41,539 nt of DNA. Origin: an uncultured Lewinella sp. (GTDB lineage: Bacteria > Bacteroidota > Bacteroidia > Chitinophagales > Saprospiraceae). The position numbers and the translations under genes were made by a program. Within the stretch, counting starts at the first letter, position 1. Each line of letters begins with the position of its first letter. The notes under the pieces are model-generated. The model had not been told where the DNA came from. It ran no database searches and was given only the letters and a program-made list of their open reading frames with translations. The stretch lies in assembly GCA_938021455.1 (NCBI GenBank), contig CALIGP010000132.1, positions 1 through 41,539 on the forward strand, read 5' to 3'. Shown here in pieces: positions 28,467 through 37,088 of the stretch.

Positions 28467-28517
28467 ACCCTCCGGCTGAAGCCGGGGGTACTGTACCCCC
28501 GGCTTCAGTCGGAGGGT
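28467..28517. repeat. REP-like inverted doublet overlapping the glycosyltransferase stop
   Basis: 25-bp arms ACCCTCCGGCTGAAGCCGGGGGTAC, 24/25 match, 1-nt spacer. Confidence 0.9.
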
Positions 28518-29968
28518 GAACGTTTCCAAACCCGAATATCCTCCCCAATCTCATCAAAGGGCTCAAAGACCTCCAGCAAGCGCTCCGTAAGCGGGGTGTT
28601 GGCATTTGGGTCATAGGCGCGTCCTACGAGATACATCACCGTTGGATCATTAATAATGCGCTCCGCCTCGGCGAGTTCATCGACCTGAAAGGCGCGAACG
28701 TGATGGTCGAGGTACAGTAAAGAAGAATGAACGTAGGGCGTTGGCACCGGACGGTCGAGCAGGTGATGCGTGATCTGCCAGCCATTGATGCCGAAGAAGG
28801 TTTCTCCGGGGGCCAGCTTGTCTTCAAAGTAAACCGCAATGCGGGCGGGTTTATCGTCTTTATTGGAGTAGTGCTGATAGTGGACGATACCCAGCAGCAA
28901 GGCAAGACCCATCACGATGGTGGGCGTCCATTTCCGCAGCCATTCCCGGCGGAGCCGGGGGAAGATCGTCAGCCCGGGTGCCCACCAGCAGGCCGCCAGC
29001 AGCGCCAGCACCGGGTGCAGTTGCACCTGGTAGTGCCCGAATCGTTTACCCGTGATCAGGACCACTATTGACACCAGTAAAAACTGAAGTAGCAGGTAGT
29101 AAACCCAGTGCAGCCCTTCCTTGCTTTTGAATCGTTTCCATTGCACCAGCGCTCCGGCGCCCAAAATGACGAAAGGGGAGTAGCGTAGCAGGTAATCTCC
29201 CATGTACTTCAGGCGTAAGTACCAGGGCAAGTCAACGGGGTAAGCGCCCGCTACTTCGAAAGTGTAGAACTGAAAGGCCTCCAGCAGGCCCGCCTGCCGG
29301 TAATAAAGATAGACTAGGACCAACGGAACGAGAAAGCCCGCCACTAGGGCTACACCGGAAAGAACAGCCCGGGAATAGGCCCGCTGCTGGCCGTAATACC
29401 AGAGCATAAACAGTCCGATGGCCAGTGCCTCCGCTGCCGCAAAGGGCTTTACGGCTACGGCACAGCCCAGTAATAAACCCGCCAGGGGCCAATGCCAGAA
29501 AGCATTGACATGCCCCGATTTGATCCTTGGAGCTACGGCTACGGTTACGGCGAAAATGGTAAATACATTGAAAAATATCTCCGTATTGGGAGACAGGCCG
29601 TAGTAGGTGTAGATGCTGGAAACAATGGCGTAGATAACGCCCGCTGCTATCCCCACCCGTTCGCTTCCGGTAGCTCGCCTACCGCTTAAGAAAAGCCCCC
29701 AGCTGCCAAGGCCAACAACTACCGCAGCCGCAGCTCGTAGAGCCGCCAGGCTCCCGCCGGTAAGCTTGATGAGCAGCATATAAATCCAGAAAATGCCGAT
29801 GGGCTTGGTATCCACTACGTCCTGAAAGTAGAGCTCGCCCCGCAGCATTTCTTCTGCAATGACGATGTAAGTGCTTTCGTCGTGGTTGATGACAGAGATG
29901 AAAAAAGAGCCCCACCGAAGTGCGATAGCCAACACAATGAAAATACCCAGCCAGTAATATTTGCGCAT
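28505..29968 (-). CDS. GT-C fold membrane glycosyltransferase (ArnT/PMT-2, GT39/GT83-like)
   Basis: DE motif after TM1 (HDESTY), D.KP.G, NTE, many TM helices. Confidence 0.8.
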   Translation of the reverse strand: MRKYYWLGIFIVLAIALRWGSFFISVINHDESTYIVIAEEMLRGELYFQDVVDTKPIGIFWIYMLLIKLTGGSLAALRAAAAVVVGLGSWGLFLSGRRATGSERVGIAAGVIYAIVSSIYTYYGLSPNTEIFFNVFTIFAVTVAVAPRIKSGHVNAFWHWPLAGLLLGCAVAVKPFAAAEALAIGLFMLWYYGQQRAYSRAVLSGVALVAGFLVPLVLVYLYYRQAGLLEAFQFYTFEVAGAYPVDLPWYLRLKYMGDYLLRYSPFVILGAGALVQWKRFKSKEGLHWVYYLLLQFLLVSIVVLITGKRFGHYQVQLHPVLALLAACWWAPGLTIFPRLRREWLRKWTPTIVMGLALLLGIVHYQHYSNKDDKPARIAVYFEDKLAPGETFFGINGWQITHHLLDRPVPTPYVHSSLLYLDHHVRAFQVDELAEAERIINDPTVMYLVGRAYDPNANTPLTERLLEVFEPFDEIGEDIRVWKRSPSD

Positions 29969-29992
29969 AGATCAGCGAGTTTTTTCCTGGAC

Positions 29993-30376
29993 TTACTTCG
30001 CCGCTGCTGCCAATTTTACCAATACCAATACTTCCAGTACGGTATAGACCAGATAGATCAGGAAAAAGGGAACAACGAAAAGCTTGTTCTCCGGATTCCC
30101 CAGCAAGATGTAAGCAGCGAGTGAGCCACCACAGAGAAACAACTTCAATGTAGTGATGCCCATGAAGGCATTGCCAAACAAATACTTGTTCTCCGCAACG
30201 GCTGTACGCTTACTCACAAAGAAGATGCCTACGGAGAGCAGTAGTAACCCGACCAGCGCACCAATCGTGAGTGGCAAAGCATAATCCAGCGGAAGCAGAT
30301 AATGGCAGATACCGGCCGCAATGATGGCGATAAGGGTGGAAATTCCAAGCAGGAAGTAGAACCGGGAGTTGGTCAT
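29993..30376 (-). CDS. Four-TM protein resembling Bacteroidota ATP synthase protein I
   Basis: FM..T.LKLF and F..PFFLIYL.YT..E motifs; directly downstream of atpZ; start ATG 30376. Confidence 0.65.
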   Translation of the reverse strand: MTNSRFYFLLGISTLIAIIAAGICHYLLPLDYALPLTIGALVGLLLLSVGIFFVSKRTAVAENKYLFGNAFMGITTLKLFLCGGSLAAYILLGNPENKLFVVPFFLIYLVYTVLEVLVLVKLAAAAK

Positions 30377-30387
30377 GGAGGAGGGAA

Positions 30388-30612
30388 CTATAGAAAGTCC
30401 CGCAAAGAAACGTACAATCCGGCAGTAACACCCAACAAACTGAGTACGACCGTAGCCCAGGGGTCTGTCCCTAACCATTCGTCGAGGTAAATACCACCAA
30501 ATACGAAGACGAGAATGACACCAATCATCTGAAAGGCCATTCCGCTGTATTTCATCCAGTTACGGCTGCTCTTGCGTAGGTCTTCCTTTTGTTCGTCGTT
30601 AGGCGTTAGCAC
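30388..30612 (-). CDS. AtpZ/AtpI family protein
   Basis: KYSGMAFQM...GG.YLD...T...SLLGV..GLY. Confidence 0.85.
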   Translation of the reverse strand: MLTPNDEQKEDLRKSSRNWMKYSGMAFQMIGVILVFVFGGIYLDEWLGTDPWATVVLSLLGVTAGLYVSLRDFL

Positions 30613-31054
30613 CTTGTTGCTTTTTCAATGGGTTACCAGAAGACATTTTGCTTCCGCCGCCACTGTAAGGAACGGTGCAGGTACCATTGATTTGAGAGCC
30701 ACCGAGGACGGCCATTTTCTTCGCTTTAACGTCACCAGTAACCTTTGCACTGGCCTGTAGCGTAAGTTCCTCCCGCACCACAAGATTGCCCTTAAAGGTG
30801 CCTTCAATGGTCGCCTGGGCGCATTCTACATCTCCTTCGATGTTCCCTTTGGGGCCGATGATGAGTTTTGCTTCGCAGATGAGGTTGCCAATTAAGGTAC
30901 CATCAATACGGATGTCTCCACCGGCTTTGAGGTTGCCTTCAATTGTTGTTTTAGCGTCGATGGTATTAACACCACCACCTCCGGCAGGAGTGCTGCTGCG
31001 ACCGGAGTCCGTACTTTTTCCTTTAGTGTCTTTCCCGTTGTTGTTGCCGAACAT
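30599..31054 (-). CDS. Bactofilin (polymer-forming cytoskeletal protein)
   Basis: TIEGNL...GDIRIDG...GNIEGDV...A.VTGDV beta-helix repeats. Confidence 0.92.
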   Translation of the reverse strand: MFGNNNGKDTKGKSTDSGRSSTPAGGGGVNTIDAKTTIEGNLKAGGDIRIDGTLIGNLICEAKLIIGPKGNIEGDVECAQATIEGTFKGNLVVREELTLQASAKVTGDVKAKKMAVLGGSQINGTCTVPYSGGGSKMSSGNPLKKQQGANA

Positions 31055-31324
31055 TATTATCGTTTGTAAAAGATGTGCTGTAAGAAAGTGCGTTCGGTCA
31101 TTTTATGTGAACACGGAGAACGTAAGAGATTCTCAAGGCTTTTTGGCTTCGGCCCAGACCATAAAATGACCGAGCCTACTCCTTTTTCACAAGGTTGAAT
31201 CTCCCAGTACCTAAGCCTCACAACTTAAGACCGAATTGAATATGTCTAAACGAACCCGCTTAGACAAAGTGTGTGTTTGGCAAATGTAGATAAACCGTTC
31301 GGAAAGTGAAAAACTTACCGGCTC

Positions 31325-32371
31325 TTAGAATTGTGGACAGTAAACACCGCGGCGCTGACCACCACAAATTTTGTATTGGAGGGATAGCTCAAAGCCACCA
31401 TTACCGTCCGTCGCTGTGTTCAGTGAGCTCGTATTGATGTCGTAGCTGAAGCCCAGCGCGAAGTTCTCGTAGTCGAAACGTGAGCTCAGGATGAGGGCAT
31501 CCGTCAATACGCTGGAGTCATAGCGATTGGAAACACGCGTCCAAAGACCCAGCTGAAAAGACTGCGTGCTGCGGTTGCGGCCACCGTCGAGGAGGAACTT
31601 AACGTTCGTACCGGCGTTGACCTGGAAGCTCGGCCCCTGCGTCATCACAATCACTCCGGGAACCAGGCCGAAGCGTGAGCCCAGCATGAATTCACCACCA
31701 CCGTGCATGGTGTAGCGACTGTAGAGGAGTTCGTCTGCGCTGCTGTCAAAGCTTTGATCAGCGCGGTTAAGGTGGTGGAAAGCACCACCTACGTAGAGGC
31801 TGTTGTGCTCATCAAAGACCATGAACCAAAGCAGGCCTGCTGCCAGGTCAGCGAATAGGAACTGATCGCGGTCAAAACCATTCTCTCCGCTCACGGCGTT
31901 GATGTCAAAGCCACCGTCACCGTCGTGCTGGGTACCCCAGCGAAGCGCCAGGAAGTTAAGGCTACGTTGTGCCGCGCCACCTTCTGCACCGGCTACGAGG
32001 TAGTTGCCATACTTGCGGCTACCGCCCATTTTCTTAGAGTAACTCAGGGAAATTTTTCCCGTTGTAGTGGCGAAGTCGGCCTGGCCGGCTTTGTCGCCCC
32101 AGAAAGTACCACCAATACCGAAAAAGTCGTTGCGGCCAACGGAAACCCGCTGGTCATAACTGACACTGTAGGTCTGGAAAGCGGAACTACCAAGAATGGA
32201 GGCCCACTGGCTACGATAGTTGACCGCAATGCGGCTATTACAGTTCATCACTCCCGTCATGGCCGGATTCAAATTGAGCGGTGACATGTAAAACTGGGAG
32301 AAGTGAATGTCCTGTGCTTGTAAGCCGAGTGCACAGAAAAAGACTAAACAAAAGGTCTGGAGTAACTTCAT
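31325..32371 (-). CDS. PorP/SprF family T9SS outer membrane protein
   Basis: QDIHFSQFY.SPL.LNPA.TG, NYRSQW, GFSYD, GGFELSL; -7 box at 32436-32443. Confidence 0.93.
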   Translation of the reverse strand: MKLLQTFCLVFFCALGLQAQDIHFSQFYMSPLNLNPAMTGVMNCNSRIAVNYRSQWASILGSSAFQTYSVSYDQRVSVGRNDFFGIGGTFWGDKAGQADFATTTGKISLSYSKKMGGSRKYGNYLVAGAEGGAAQRSLNFLALRWGTQHDGDGGFDINAVSGENGFDRDQFLFADLAAGLLWFMVFDEHNSLYVGGAFHHLNRADQSFDSSADELLYSRYTMHGGGEFMLGSRFGLVPGVIVMTQGPSFQVNAGTNVKFLLDGGRNRSTQSFQLGLWTRVSNRYDSSVLTDALILSSRFDYENFALGFSYDINTSSLNTATDGNGGFELSLQYKICGGQRRGVYCPQF

Positions 32372-32586
32372 AATTTGGCTACACTAAAGTATTTGGGATC
32401 GGGAAGACAGATAGCATACCTGCCGTAGCTATGGACAAATGTAAACAAAACGCACCGAGGCACGGTAAGCCAGAGGCGTTAAAGTTGTCCGCTACTAGCC
32501 CTTAATGCAGGAATTGTCGAAAGCGTAACGTTCGAATGAAGTTTTTTAGTTTGTCAAAGGGGAAAGCTTCCTACGGATTGCGACTA

Positions 32587-34041
32587 CTACCTCCGCCCTT
32601 TCTTCTTCTGCCAGTGCTTACTCGGAATCAGCGGCATGGGGTAGTCTACGCCAAGTTTTACGCCCTTGGCGGATTGCTCCCCATCAGAAAGCCTATCGGG
32701 TTGGTGAATCTCTTCGCAGGGTAAGGCAGATAGCTCCGGGCACCAAAGCTTAATGTATTCTCCATTTTCGTCATAGCGCTGAGCCTGGCTCAGAATGTTG
32801 AAGTAGCGATCTTCGCGCGGGTCGGAGCCTACACCGGCAACGTAGTTCCAGTTGCACCAGTTACTGGTGACGTCGTAGTCCGTCAGCTGGTACTCAAAGT
32901 ATTCGGCACCGAGTCGCCAGTCGAGTTTGAGGTCTTTAACGAGGTAGCTGGCTACGTTCTGTCGGCCGCGGTTACTCATAAAACCGGTCTGGGCAATCTC
33001 GCGCATATTGGCATCAATGAAGGGAGTACCGGTCTGTCCGTCCATCCAGCGAGTAAAGGCGGCGGGGTCTTTGCGCCAGGACGAAGCCTCTCCTTTAGTA
33101 CCTCCTTTATGAAAAATGGCGTTGCCGTGCTTCTTGCCCATCAGACGGAAAAAGTCTCGCCAGAGGAGCTCAAAAATAACCCAGTAGGTGCTGTTGTTAG
33201 CACCGTTCTTTTCTTCGTAGGCCCTTACTTCGGTATAAATTTTCTTTGGTGAAAGGCAACCATGTGCCAGCCAGGCACTGAATTTGGTGCTGTAATCGCT
33301 ACCAATCAGCCCGTTCCGAGTTTCTTTGTAGGTTGAAATTGCTTGTGAGTCGAAGAGATAATAGGCTAGACGGTCGAGGCCAGCTGTTTCACCGCCCTGC
33401 CAGTGGATGGCGGCCCGCTTGTCTTCCGGCGGCGGGGTGATACCGAAATCGGAGAGGGTAGGGGTTTTGCCAAAATCAAGGCCATCTTCTTTGGCAAGCG
33501 GTATGCGCATCGGTGTGGGTAACGGATCACGAACGGGCGTGATGCGCTCGGTTTCTTTGCGGAACTGGGTGAAAATATCCGGCGTTTGGGTGATGGGGAA
33601 GGGTAAGTCAGCCGTGTAGTAGAGTAGCTTTCCACGGCTGTAGTAGACCTCCCGGCCGATGGCCCAAAGATTAGCTTCTACAGCATTTTGCACAACGAGT
33701 TCTTCCTGGGTGCGTTCCCGATTGCAGAAAACCCAGCTGGCGTGCGTTTGTTGGGTGAGCTCGACGAGTTCTTCCTCGGGTTTCCCGATCCGTATCAGTA
33801 AGTCTGCGCCACGCTTACGAAGGTTTTTTTGAAGGTCGAGCACGCTTTCCAACACAAACTTTGCTCGATGGCCTCCCATTTTGGGAAGACCCGTGTGCGG
33901 TAGCGTACCGCGCCATTCACGAGGGTCGAAGATGAACACGGGGAGGACCTCGTCGGCGTGTTTCAGGGCGTCCGTCAGGGCTTCGTTATCGTGTAGCCGC
34001 AGATCGCGACGAAACCAGACAATGGCGAGGCGTTTGCTCAT
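32587..34041 (-). CDS. DASH-family cryptochrome
   Basis: WFRRDLRLHDN, YKETRNGL.G.DYSTKFS.WLA.G, FELLWRD, TGFMSNRGRQNVAS, DPR.DRYFN. Confidence 0.93.
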   Translation of the reverse strand: MSKRLAIVWFRRDLRLHDNEALTDALKHADEVLPVFIFDPREWRGTLPHTGLPKMGGHRAKFVLESVLDLQKNLRKRGADLLIRIGKPEEELVELTQQTHASWVFCNRERTQEELVVQNAVEANLWAIGREVYYSRGKLLYYTADLPFPITQTPDIFTQFRKETERITPVRDPLPTPMRIPLAKEDGLDFGKTPTLSDFGITPPPEDKRAAIHWQGGETAGLDRLAYYLFDSQAISTYKETRNGLIGSDYSTKFSAWLAHGCLSPKKIYTEVRAYEEKNGANNSTYWVIFELLWRDFFRLMGKKHGNAIFHKGGTKGEASSWRKDPAAFTRWMDGQTGTPFIDANMREIAQTGFMSNRGRQNVASYLVKDLKLDWRLGAEYFEYQLTDYDVTSNWCNWNYVAGVGSDPREDRYFNILSQAQRYDENGEYIKLWCPELSALPCEEIHQPDRLSDGEQSAKGVKLGVDYPMPLIPSKHWQKKKGRR

Positions 34042-34153
34042 GTTTTCGATCCAGATTAGTGATTATTAGTGTAACGAAGACCGGGACGTATGGTTGCGAT
34101 TTAAAGGCTTATTTCTGAGCGGTATGACATTAGGATGATGAGCCGCGTTTTTG

Positions 34154-34252
34154 GGGCGCTTGCCGCAGGTGAAAAGAGATGTTTTGGGGCAAAGAAAGCC
34201 CGGATTAACCTCCAATGCTCCCTTTACCATCATTGCACCTGCGGTGAGCGCC
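34154..34252. repeat. Inverted pair of the TGCACCTGCG motif, copies 7 and 8
   Basis: Minus copy 34154-34173 (TTCACCTGCG GCAA GCGCCC); plus copy 34234-34252 (TGCACCTGCG GTGA GCGCC). Confidence 0.8.
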
Positions 34253-34285
34253 GCTGAAGCTACTAAGGTGATTAACTTTGGCATT

Positions 34286-34885
34286 ATGGCTGATACAGAA
34301 AACAAGGCAAACGAAGGTCTCATTAAGGATCGTTTTGAGCTCCTTCTTGGCGAACTGCAAACCATCATCTATGTTTTTTATGGCCTTCTTGTCGGCCTGG
34401 GGATGCTCTATAATTATTTTCGCTACCGGGAGTTTGGAATCAATATTTTTGAATACGCAAGCGTCCTGGATTTCCTCATCGCCCCCTTTAGCGACCTGCG
34501 AATTTTACTTATGGCTGCCGGCGTGTGCTTGTTCTGTTACCTGATGTACCGTTTTGATCTCTGGATTGCCCGCAAATATCCCCGCTTTTACAACGTCATG
34601 GCCTTCGGGCAGGCTAAGCGACGGGGCTACAAAAATTTTAGAAATATATCACTCTTTCTTACGCTGATATGGTGCATAGGTGTATACGCATTTGCCTACG
34701 GAAAAATGTCTGAAAGAGATGTCAGGAACAGCCCGCTCATTACCCTTGTTTATAACGACGGCAGCGAAGACTCTGGCCGGATGATCGGTAAAACCAGTGA
34801 GGTGTATTTTCTGCTGAAAGGGAATGATAGCGTAGAAATCATTCCACTTTCCGGAGATTTGCGGAAGGTTAAGCTGGGGAATTAA
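34286..34885 (+). CDS. Hypothetical membrane protein (3 TM)
   Basis: ATG 34286 just after TAACTTTG; Y..FGINIFEY....DFL..P motif; the longer ORF start lies inside repeats. Confidence 0.7.
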   Translation: MADTENKANEGLIKDRFELLLGELQTIIYVFYGLLVGLGMLYNYFRYREFGINIFEYASVLDFLIAPFSDLRILLMAAGVCLFCYLMYRFDLWIARKYPRFYNVMAFGQAKRRGYKNFRNISLFLTLIWCIGVYAFAYGKMSERDVRNSPLITLVYNDGSEDSGRMIGKTSEVYFLLKGNDSVEIIPLSGDLRKVKLGN

Positions 34886-34896
34886 TAGACCAGAAG

Positions 34897-37002
34897 TTAG
34901 CCTTTTAAATACTTCGGTACCGAAAACCGCTGCCCATAGCGCTCCTGAAGTTCTTGGCATCGCTTTCGGAAAGCCTCCTTTCCGTAGCTTTCGAAATAGC
35001 GCAGTGTTCCGCCCGTGTAGGACGGGAATCCCCAGCCATAAACACTGGCCAGGTTGGCGGCTGCTGGCTCCGTAATTACCTTTTCTTGCAGGCACCAGCC
35101 AGACTCAATTACCTGGCTGAACAGGAAGCGATCTTTCATGCGCGTTCGGAAGTATTCTGTTTTGGTGACGGGAAAGTGCTCCCCTATTCCTTCCCACAGC
35201 AGGGCGGGGCCGCTTTCTCCATATTCATAGAAGCCCGCCCGCTTTTTTTGTCCGCCACGATTCAGGTCATTCAGCATTTTCTGCAGCGCCGGTACGGCGG
35301 GGTGCTGCTGGTATTTACTGCCATAGTGATTGGCGGCCTGTTGCTCGTAACGGAGAACGAGGTCGAGACCCAGCTCATCCGCCAGGGCAAGCGGACCGGC
35401 AGTCATGCCTGCCTGCCGTCCCATATTCTCAATGAGAGCTGCGGGGTAACCTTCGTTGAGCATCGTTACACCCTCCAGGATATATGTATTGAGTACCCGG
35501 GCGGCAAAGAAGCCCCAGGTGTCCTTCACAATTACGGGAATTTTTCGAATGGCGGTGGCAAAGTCAAAGGCTCTGGCAATGGTCTCTTCGCTGGTTTTTT
35601 CTCCTTTGATGATCTCTACCACGTAGGTTTTTTCTGCAGGAGAGAAAAAGTGAACCCCGACGTAGTTTTCTGGTCGTAGGGCAGCATTCCCTAACTCTGT
35701 AATCGGAATGGAGATGGTGTTGGTCGCGAAAACAGCAAAGTCGTCGAGCTTCTCCTCCGCCTCCCGGGTTACTTTTTGCTTGACGGACTTGTTCTCGAAA
35801 ACGGCTTCCACCACAATATCGCAGTCCGCAAAGTCAGCGCTCTTATCAGTAGTCGTAATCCGGCTCAGCAATTCTTCCCGTTCTTCCGGCTGGAAAGTTC
35901 CCCGCTCGATGTATTCATCAATGCGTTCGATGACGTAATCCCGGCCACGGTCGGCAATGGGTTGGCTGACGTCCTTAAGCGTCACCTGAAGACCATTGCG
36001 CAGACACAGGAAGGCGATACCTGAGCCCATGCGCCCTGCTCCGATGATACCCACTCGCCGCGGGCGAAATTTACCATAGCCTTTTGGCCGACCAAGGCCG
36101 TTGGTCCGAATTGCCTGCTTATCGAACCAAAAGGTAGAAATCATGTTTTTGCTCACCTCTCCGGTCACGACTTTGGCGTAGTAGCGGCTGTCAATTCGAT
36201 AGGCGGTTTCAAAGTCTACCTTGGAGCCCTCCGCCAACAAATCAATAATGGCACGCTTAGCGGGGTAGAGATCGTTCGTGTTGGCACTCTGCCGGGCGGT
36301 GAGTAGCCGGATGCGGTGGCCAAGGTTAGGGTCGGCGGCGGTGCCGCCAGGAATTTTTCCCTCCGCCTCATCCCACGGTCTACGGGAAGGAGGGTCTGAT
36401 AGGAGCCAACGCTTGGCCCGGCGGATGAGGTCTTCCTGATCCGTCGCCAACTCATCGATGATGCCAACTTTCAGCGCCTCCTGAGGGCTATACCTCCGGC
36501 CTTCGAGTAAGAGAGGGTAGGCCCGCTCAATGCCCAGCAGCCACAGGAGCCTGATGACAGCACCCCCACTGGGAATCAAACCAATTTTTACTTCGGGGTG
36601 GCCCAGTCTGATCTTAGGGTCGGCCAGGGCAATGCGGTGGTGACAAGCTAACGCCAACTCAAAACCAGTCCCGATGGCGTCTCCGTTAATGGCCGCTACT
36701 ACTGGTACACCGGGAACTTCCAGGTCACGAAGGAAGGCTTTGAGGTGCTGGGCGGCTTCAAAGGCTACTTTAGGGTCGGCCAGTTTCATCAGGTAGGCGA
36801 GGTCTCCGCCCTGCAAGAAGTCTTTCTTCGCCGAGGTAATGATCACCCCCCGGAGCCGACCAGCATCCTTTTCCTTCTGCAAGTGACTGATGACGGGCTG
36901 AAAAGCAGCCACCAGCTCGTGGTTGAGCAGATTGCTCGTCCGGTCCGTCATGTCGAGAATGAGGGTGACGATGTTGTCGGTGTCCTTACGGTAGTTAATC
37001 AT
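34897..37002 (-). CDS. fadB: Enoyl-CoA hydratase / 3-hydroxyacyl-CoA dehydrogenase (trifunctional enzyme alpha subunit-like)
   Basis: GFELALACH, PEV.IGLIP, GAGRMG, EAVFE, HFFSP......VE. Confidence 0.88.
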   Translation of the reverse strand: MINYRKDTDNIVTLILDMTDRTSNLLNHELVAAFQPVISHLQKEKDAGRLRGVIITSAKKDFLQGGDLAYLMKLADPKVAFEAAQHLKAFLRDLEVPGVPVVAAINGDAIGTGFELALACHHRIALADPKIRLGHPEVKIGLIPSGGAVIRLLWLLGIERAYPLLLEGRRYSPQEALKVGIIDELATDQEDLIRRAKRWLLSDPPSRRPWDEAEGKIPGGTAADPNLGHRIRLLTARQSANTNDLYPAKRAIIDLLAEGSKVDFETAYRIDSRYYAKVVTGEVSKNMISTFWFDKQAIRTNGLGRPKGYGKFRPRRVGIIGAGRMGSGIAFLCLRNGLQVTLKDVSQPIADRGRDYVIERIDEYIERGTFQPEEREELLSRITTTDKSADFADCDIVVEAVFENKSVKQKVTREAEEKLDDFAVFATNTISIPITELGNAALRPENYVGVHFFSPAEKTYVVEIIKGEKTSEETIARAFDFATAIRKIPVIVKDTWGFFAARVLNTYILEGVTMLNEGYPAALIENMGRQAGMTAGPLALADELGLDLVLRYEQQAANHYGSKYQQHPAVPALQKMLNDLNRGGQKKRAGFYEYGESGPALLWEGIGEHFPVTKTEYFRTRMKDRFLFSQVIESGWCLQEKVITEPAAANLASVYGWGFPSYTGGTLRYFESYGKEAFRKRCQELQERYGQRFSVPKYLKG

Positions 37003-37005
37003 CTT

Positions 37006-37086
37006 GGTTGCAGGTTACAAGGTAATGGGTTCAGGTTGCATGTTGCAGGTTGCAGGGTACAACCTGCAACCTGTAACTTGTACCCT
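37006..37086. repeat. Inverted heptamer arrays (GGTTGCA)n / (TGCAACC)n filling the thiolase-fadB gap
   Basis: About 7 degenerate units facing 4; same unit as 21170-21232. Confidence 0.85.
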
Positions 37087-37088
37087 GG

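Noticed and set aside
28344-28529. 61-aa ORF upstream of aspS (possible leader peptide)
   Set aside because: Composed of REP, motif and promoter sequence; not Asp-rich
34151-34285. N-terminal extension of the membrane protein
   Set aside because: Overlaps the motif pair and lies upstream of the -7 box
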